A stretch of 64,000 nt of DNA from an uncultured Pseudomonadales bacterium (GTDB lineage Bacteria; Patescibacteriota; Microgenomatia; UBA1400; UBA1396), in NCBI GenBank assembly GCA_964511175.1, contig CAZEEI010000002.1, positions 66,063-130,062 on the forward strand, read 5' to 3'. Positions 59,111 through 64,000 of this stretch are shown one piece after another. The stretch's first letter is position 1; each line of letters begins with the position of its first letter. The translations under genes were made by a program, and so were the position numbers. A model generated the notes under the pieces. It ran no database searches. It was not told the origin of the DNA and was given only the letters and a program-made list of their open reading frames with translations.

Positions 59111-59440
59111 TTAACGATTTCTGTTGCTCAACCAGTGGGCTGCTTCATCTTGATCCAACTCAGCTGCCAGACGACGTTTTTCAGCGCTCGCGGCAAACCG
59201 ATCGCGTCGTTTGGTAACCGAATCATCACCGGTTACTCCCGGAATTGGTCTGTCGTCCAGAGCACGACAGGTAGCCATCGATTCAACTGTGAGATTTTCC
59301 CCGGCGCCATCTATTTCGATAGCGGCCCTAAGCATAGCTGTACGCGGATCTTCACCTTCGGCCACCAACTCATCTACCAGTTGCCACGCACCCCTCGCAC
59401 TTCGGGGGCTATACCCTAGGAGGTAATCTTTACGGCTCAT
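59111..59440 (-). CDS. hypothetical protein
   Basis: TGT-TATAAT 10 nt before ATG 59440 (MSRKDY). Confidence 0.6.
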   Translation of the reverse strand: MSRKDYLLGYSPRSARGAWQLVDELVAEGEDPRTAMLRAAIEIDGAGENLTVESMATCRALDDRPIPGVTGDDSVTKRRDRFAASAEKRRLAAELDQDEAAHWLSNRNR

Positions 59441-59468
59441 CTTGCCAGGTATTATAACAAATGGGGTT

Positions 59469-61103
59469 TTAACTCCGGTCAAAAAACTCTTTTCGGGAAA
59501 AAGGATCCGGTTTTTGCTCTGACGGCAGCACTACTGCTGATAGAAGTGGATCGATTTTAGCTGCCTGCTGGGAAAGTTCGTAGGCTAGGCTACGGTAGTT
59601 TATGTGCCCACCGGGACGGATACGCAATTGGGGTAGGTAGGAAAGTTCTTTGGGCCCACCAGTAAGATAATAGCGAATGTAGTGGGCGTTAGGCAGAAGG
59701 GACAAGAGCAGACGCGGTGATACGTCGGCTGGTAATGTTTGACTAAACTTGAGCAGATCGCGGTAATGTTGCTGAAGAACTTGAGTGAAAGCTTTTTTCA
59801 GGGCACGACAGCGGGGGTGATCCAGGTAAAGCGGTAAGGTATAGCCGTCGCGGATGAGAGTGGCTACGTCTTGAGTTTCCAGAAAAGGCGTAAACCTGCC
59901 CCAAGCGCGGTGGCGGTTAAAGTCGATCATTTCGGACAAGGAAGCTTTGAGTTCAAAAGTGTAACCGCCGGTGCGCGCGTAGAGCGGCAAGTGATGATGG
60001 TGGGTATAGCGGTCAAAGAGGATGTGGGAGAGGCGGCGTTTAGTGTAACCGCTCAAAGTCTGGTACCAGGCAGTGAACTTACCAACCGTCAATTGGGGAT
60101 GGAGGCGGACTAAGCTAAAGAAGAGATAGGTGCTGGCCGGATCAAGTAAGTCATTTAAGTGGCGGACTTTTTGGGAATGCAGATTGGGTTTTTTGCCAGG
60201 ACCGGCAATTGCGGTGGCCAGGTCGACGGCAATGGGAGCTAATTCAGTTAAAACCTCTGTGGTGCGGGAGTCGGCTTCGGTATGGCGCAGTAAATCGGGC
60301 GCCTCTGGTACATAGCCTAGTTTGGCGGCAACTGCCGCCGGGGGAGAAAAAAGCGTTTCCAGTTGTTCGGCTAAGCAGCACAATGAGCGGTCGGGCGAGG
60401 CCTTAAATAGTGTTATCAGCCGCGCCCATTCGCGGGCGGCGGTGATGTAGGCACCAGAGGTGCTGGCGCCAGCTGGCAGGAGAGCACGAATGGTGTCAAA
60501 AGAGCGGGCTTGGAGGGCCGCCGCCTGTTGTTTATCGTCAGGTTCGGGTCGGTAGATCTTTGTAAAAGTGCTGACCACTTCCGGTAAAAGTGTTTTATAA
60601 CTATGGATCAGGCTGGTGTAAAGCTGTTGGTATTCGGTTTCAATATCCGGTAGAGCTTGATCGGTAAAGAGCGAAAAAAGCGGTGGTTGGGAGGCGGCAA
60701 AGTTTTGGTAGCGGGAGGAGCGTTCTTGGCCGCCGCCCAGTGCTGTGGAATAGAGAAATTGAAAAAGCAGGTAACGCGGCACGTTTTCGATATAAGCAAA
60801 CAGCATGGCCATATCGCCCACGGAAGCGTGGCCGTAGTTGTGAAAGATATTGGCCAGCTTTTTTTGGGCGGAAACGGCACTGGTGTTGATTTCGGCAAAT
60901 AATTCTTCTGCGGTCAAGGCTGAGCGGGAAAAACGGGCGCCGGCAAAAGCCATGATGGCTGGGACTTGGAGGCCGTCGTTGGCCAAGGCGGTGCGGACAG
61001 TAAAACCAGTGCGAGCGTCGTAGAGGGCAACTAGTTTGAGCGCGGTTTGCCGAGCGTTGGAGCAAGTAAAGTGAAAGTGGGAAGGAAGAGTGTTGGTAGA
61101 CAT
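59469..61103 (-). CDS. thyX: FAD-dependent thymidylate synthase, tandem-domain type
   Basis: ARFSRS, YGHASVGD, ERSSRYQ, FDTIRALLP, DFNRHR, LRIRPGGHINYR. Confidence 0.88.
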   Translation of the reverse strand: MSTNTLPSHFHFTCSNARQTALKLVALYDARTGFTVRTALANDGLQVPAIMAFAGARFSRSALTAEELFAEINTSAVSAQKKLANIFHNYGHASVGDMAMLFAYIENVPRYLLFQFLYSTALGGGQERSSRYQNFAASQPPLFSLFTDQALPDIETEYQQLYTSLIHSYKTLLPEVVSTFTKIYRPEPDDKQQAAALQARSFDTIRALLPAGASTSGAYITAAREWARLITLFKASPDRSLCCLAEQLETLFSPPAAVAAKLGYVPEAPDLLRHTEADSRTTEVLTELAPIAVDLATAIAGPGKKPNLHSQKVRHLNDLLDPASTYLFFSLVRLHPQLTVGKFTAWYQTLSGYTKRRLSHILFDRYTHHHHLPLYARTGGYTFELKASLSEMIDFNRHRAWGRFTPFLETQDVATLIRDGYTLPLYLDHPRCRALKKAFTQVLQQHYRDLLKFSQTLPADVSPRLLLSLLPNAHYIRYYLTGGPKELSYLPQLRIRPGGHINYRSLAYELSQQAAKIDPLLSAVVLPSEQKPDPFSRKEFFDRS

Positions 61104-61136
61104 ATTGGGAACATCATACCGCACCTTCTGTACTTC

Positions 61137-61164
61137 TTGACATATGTGACATATATGACACAAT
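61137..61164 (+). promoter_or_regulatory. TA promoter with overlapping operator
   Basis: TTGACA at 61137; TGTGACATATATGACACA (61145-61162) is a 16/18 palindrome; CACAAT -10. Confidence 0.7.
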
Positions 61165-61170
61165 GATGCA

Positions 61171-61488
61171 GTGAAGAAAGAGGTGTTGGTTGATTCGCGG
61201 GCGGCTAGAGAGCTTAAAAAATTCCCCCGACCGATTCAGCTGAAATTTAAAGCACTGTTTGAATTATTGGGGGAAGCAGGAAAATTAGAAGAACCATTTG
61301 CCAAGAAACTAAAGGGTTCAACAGACTTGTTTGAGATTCGGGTTAAATATGAAGGACAATGGCGGGCAATTTATGCCTATCTACATCAAGATGTAGCGAT
61401 TATCTTAAGTGCCTTCGCTAAAAAAACGCAAAAAACACCTTTGACAGAGTTGGAAAAAGCACACAAGAGGAGGAGAGACTATGAATAA
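61171..61488 (+). CDS. type II toxin, RelE/ParE superfamily (HigB/Gp49-like)
   Basis: EPFAKKL, LFEIRV, RAIY, LSAFAKKTQKTP..E. Confidence 0.9.
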   Translation: MKKEVLVDSRAARELKKFPRPIQLKFKALFELLGEAGKLEEPFAKKLKGSTDLFEIRVKYEGQWRAIYAYLHQDVAIILSAFAKKTQKTPLTELEKAHKRRRDYE

Positions 61489-61768
61489 GAAGCAAGTAAA
61501 AGCAATCAGTCTGAAAGATTTTAATCGAGATATCAATCAAGAAGAGCGAACTTTCATTGAGGTAGAGAAAAAATACTACCAAATAGTTGTGGCCTTAAAA
61601 CAAAAACGGGAAAGATTGGGTTTAACCCAAACCCAATTGGCATTAATGGCCAAAGTACCGCGTACCACCATTACTAGGGTCGAATCTGGTTCACGCAATG
61701 CTACATTGCAGACAGTCATGGCTTTAGCCCAGGCGATGGGTAAGACTGTAGAGTTGCGTTTGGTTTAA
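61481..61768 (+). CDS. XRE-family HTH antitoxin (HigA-like)
   Basis: RERLGLTQTQLA...ITRVESG..N.TL; overlaps toxin stop. Confidence 0.9.
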   Translation: MNKKQVKAISLKDFNRDINQEERTFIEVEKKYYQIVVALKQKRERLGLTQTQLALMAKVPRTTITRVESGSRNATLQTVMALAQAMGKTVELRLV

Positions 61769-61920
61769 TTAACGTTTTTTAGAATCTGAACCGTGATTGG
61801 CGGCATAAGCTAGAAAGAGCAAAAATCCTGTGATACCGACCAGAAAAAATGATGTAATTCCAAGGAAGCGTAGATAGAAAAGCTAACATCGTTTAATCCC
61901 CTGATTTCGATTGATCTTAG

Positions 61921-62004
61921 TGCCGAGGAAGGGAATCGAACCCATACTCCCTTGCAGGAACGAGATTTTAAGTCTCGCGCGTCTACCAATTCCGCCACCC
62001 CGGC
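61921..62004 (-). tRNA. tRNA-Leu(TAA), CCA not encoded
   Basis: GCCGGGGTGGCGGAATTGGTAGACGCG, loop CTTAAAA, long variable arm, GGTTCGATTCC; TGG-TATAAT 13 nt upstream. Confidence 0.96.
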
Positions 62005-62018
62005 TAGAGTCTAGGAAA

Positions 62019-63293
62019 TTATACCATCTCCTGTTCGCGTTTTTCTTTGAGCGCGGTATGGTCTGGTACGCTATCGTAAACTACGGTGGCTGGGTAAACA
62101 ACCGCCTGAGTACCAACGCAAACGCCTGGCATTAGCGAAGTATTCACCCCGATTTCGGTGCCGGCGGCGATGAGTGCCCCCAGCTTGTTACGACTGCTGT
62201 CCAGTTCGTTTTCTCCCCACTTCACCTTAATCGATTGTTGATCCAGACGGTAATTAGCCGTATGGGCGTTAAAGCCAAAGTGCACTTGCCGTTCCAGTAC
62301 CGAATCACCGATATAGGCGTGGTGTAAATCGCACTGGGGCCCAACGTAGCTGCGTACAATCTCACAGCCAAAACCGATGGTTGTCCCAGCTTCGACGATA
62401 CTTTGGCGCACCAAAGCGTTATTGCCGATAATCACGTCGGGGCCAATCCAGCATGGTCCCTGAATAATGGCGCCATCGAGTACTTGGGCACCTGCCTCAA
62501 TAACAACTTCGCCGTTAAGAGTGGCGCCAGCGGCGATTTTTGCCTCTGGTGAGATAAAATGCTGCAGTGGTTGGAGCAGATAGTTGACCATATCTAAAAC
62601 GTGGTGGCCGTATTTAAGTTTTTGCCAGGGGCCGTCGTAGCGGTAAACCTCGACGCCACCCTGCTCAATCAGGCGGTTGAGAGCCTGTTCGTAGACGTCG
62701 TCGGTGGCAGCGGTAGCAATTTGCTGCTGAGCAGCCACTAGGTCGATAAATTGGCGGGCTTCGTGAAAATAATGGAACACTAGGTTGGCTAGATCGCTGG
62801 GCATTTGGTCAGCACCTGGTTTTTCCTGAATGCCAGTAATCTGTCCGGCTTGATTGAGGGAGAAATAGCCCAGCGGCTGATAAGTTGGTGTGACGCGGCC
62901 GGTTAGAACGGCGGGTTTGCCAGGAGTTAGAGTAAGGAGTTCGGTTAAAAGATGCGATTCGACCATGTCGCCCGCGTTCATAATGAGAATATCTTGGGAC
63001 GGTAAGAGAGAGCGGATGGCTAGTAAAGCGTCGCCCATACCCTGCGGTTGCGGCTGTACCCCGACTTTGATCGACAGTTCCGGAAAAAGAGCTGGTGCCT
63101 CTTGGGTTAACCACGCTTCGTTATAGCGGTTGGCGGCCACCACTACTTGGGTGATGCCAGCTTTGGCCACCATGCTGAGAGTGCGAGCCAGCAAAGATTG
63201 GCCCAAGAAAGGAAAAAGGGTTTTGTCGGTGACAAAAGGAACAAAACGTTTGCCAATTCCTCCTGCCAAAATGACTGCGGTTACCGTGCTCAT
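62019..63293 (-). CDS. sugar-phosphate nucleotidyltransferase with LbH domain (GlmU-like)
   Basis: ILAGGIGKRF, DK..F, Q..PQGMGDA, EKP, hexapeptide repeats, YIGDSV, KLGALI. Confidence 0.88.
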   Translation of the reverse strand: MSTVTAVILAGGIGKRFVPFVTDKTLFPFLGQSLLARTLSMVAKAGITQVVVAANRYNEAWLTQEAPALFPELSIKVGVQPQPQGMGDALLAIRSLLPSQDILIMNAGDMVESHLLTELLTLTPGKPAVLTGRVTPTYQPLGYFSLNQAGQITGIQEKPGADQMPSDLANLVFHYFHEARQFIDLVAAQQQIATAATDDVYEQALNRLIEQGGVEVYRYDGPWQKLKYGHHVLDMVNYLLQPLQHFISPEAKIAAGATLNGEVVIEAGAQVLDGAIIQGPCWIGPDVIIGNNALVRQSIVEAGTTIGFGCEIVRSYVGPQCDLHHAYIGDSVLERQVHFGFNAHTANYRLDQQSIKVKWGENELDSSRNKLGALIAAGTEIGVNTSLMPGVCVGTQAVVYPATVVYDSVPDHTALKEKREQEMV

Positions 63294-63297
63294 ATTT

Positions 63298-64000
63298 TTA
63301 CTCCTGTGGTGTGGTCGAGCCGGGGCGGATAAAAGTAATATCCGCCTCATCGATGCGGCGCACTGGTTTTTCTTGATACTCTTCCAAAATATGGGCGATC
63401 ATGCCACCGCAGCGGGCGAGGGCGAAGAGACCGTTACCGGCTTGAGGCGGGAAACCTAGGTCTAACAGGAGCGCCGCGATGGCGCCGTCGATATTAATGA
63501 TGAGATGCTTGCCTAATCGTTCATAAATACTTTTTTGAATGAGGAAAGCGATTTCCTGATACTTGGTACCAATTGATTGTTGGCGGGCCAGATCAAAAAG
63601 CTGATCGGCGCGCGGGTCGTTGTGTTTGTAGTGCGGGTGACCAAAACCTAAAAGACGCTTTTTAGCTACAAAGTGTGTTTCTTCTAAGGAGTTGATACCC
63701 TGATCGGCTACCTGTTGAAAAATTTGGGCAGCACCTTCGATAGCGCCGCCATGGTAGGGTCCTAGCGCCATTAAACCAGCGGCAAGGGAATGAATAATGG
63801 GGTTGCCGGTACTAGCGACCACCCGCGGCACAAAACCAGAGGCCGGGCTAAGTCCGTGATCTAGGCTGGCTACTAGTAAAGCGTTAAACACTACTTCTTG
63901 GTTGGGGTTGGGCATTTGGCCGGTGATCATGTAAAACACGGCGGCGGCAAACGAAACTTGACCAACCAATTCGGCCAAAGGAAGGTTGCGGACGTAATGA
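63298..64000 (-). CDS. citryl-CoA lyase / citrate-synthase-like domain (5' end outside window; could be the ATP-citrate lyase alpha C-terminus)
   Basis: DHG, GPYHGGAIE, GFGH, DPR, INIDGAIAA, R..G.IAH; frame stays open to the window edge. Confidence 0.88.
   Translation of the reverse strand, partial: HYVRNLPLAELVGQVSFAAAVFYMITGQMPNPNQEVVFNALLVASLDHGLSPASGFVPRVVASTGNPIIHSLAAGLMALGPYHGGAIEGAAQIFQQVADQGINSLEETHFVAKKRLLGFGHPHYKHNDPRADQLFDLARQQSIGTKYQEIAFLIQKSIYERLGKHLIINIDGAIAALLLDLGFPPQAGNGLFALARCGGMIAHILEEYQEKPVRRIDEADITFIRPGSTTPQE

Noticed and set aside
61104-61163. Apparent CxxC metal-binding N-terminus of ThyX (MCHICHIC)
   Set aside because: It is the TGACATAT operator repeat read backwards; the likely start is ATG 61103
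61810-62135. ORFs 61810-61998 and 61911-62135
   Set aside because: Both are readings through tRNA-Leu
1217-63459. Many 60-160 aa ORFs nested in or antisense to assigned genes (e.g. 3099-3569, 31468-31932, 42097-42540, 51800-52252)
   Set aside because: Shadow frames of well-supported genes, with no motifs or initiation signals
1-64000. CRISPR array, cas genes, DGR, integrase, transposase, prophage
   Set aside because: No repeat-spacer array and no RT, recombinase or phage structural motifs were seen; intergenic gaps are mostly too short
1-64000. Alternative genetic code (UGA = Gly)
   Set aside because: Conserved genes such as murA, ftsE and ruvC end properly at TGA, none is broken by an in-frame TGA, and RF2 is present

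Overview
Compact, gene-dense bacterial chromosome segment (standard code 11). Gene content and style suggest Patescibacteria/CPR, probably Microgenomates; this is an inference. Housekeeping blocks: dnaE 3' end, murF, a MacAB-type ABC exporter, prfB-ftsE-ftsX with a coiled-coil/C39 hydrolase, gdhA, ruvCAB, a rearranged dcw cluster (mraZ-rsmH-ftsL-ftsI...murE...yvcK-murC-murB-murA-map), recQ, a double-domain thyX, a GlmU-like nucleotidyltransferase and a citryl-CoA lyase. There are two surface-glycosylation loci rich in GT-C membrane glycosyltransferases. Three tRNAs (Pro-GGG, Gly-UCC, Leu-UAA) each have accessory genes at their 3' side. No CRISPR array, integrase or transposase was seen. Best leads: (1) a promoter, hairpin small RNA, terminator and NYN RNase unit resembling an RNA-antitoxin system, here decayed; (2) two paralogous J-domain-like small proteins flanking an orphan methyltransferase-like gene; (3) a frameshift-free prfB preceded by a UGA-terminated uORF that spans a long terminator hairpin; (4) an orphan Cys-His-Asp peptidase-like ORF; (5) many apparently leaderless, -10-only promoters. 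All calls come from reading motifs by eye; no database searches were run.
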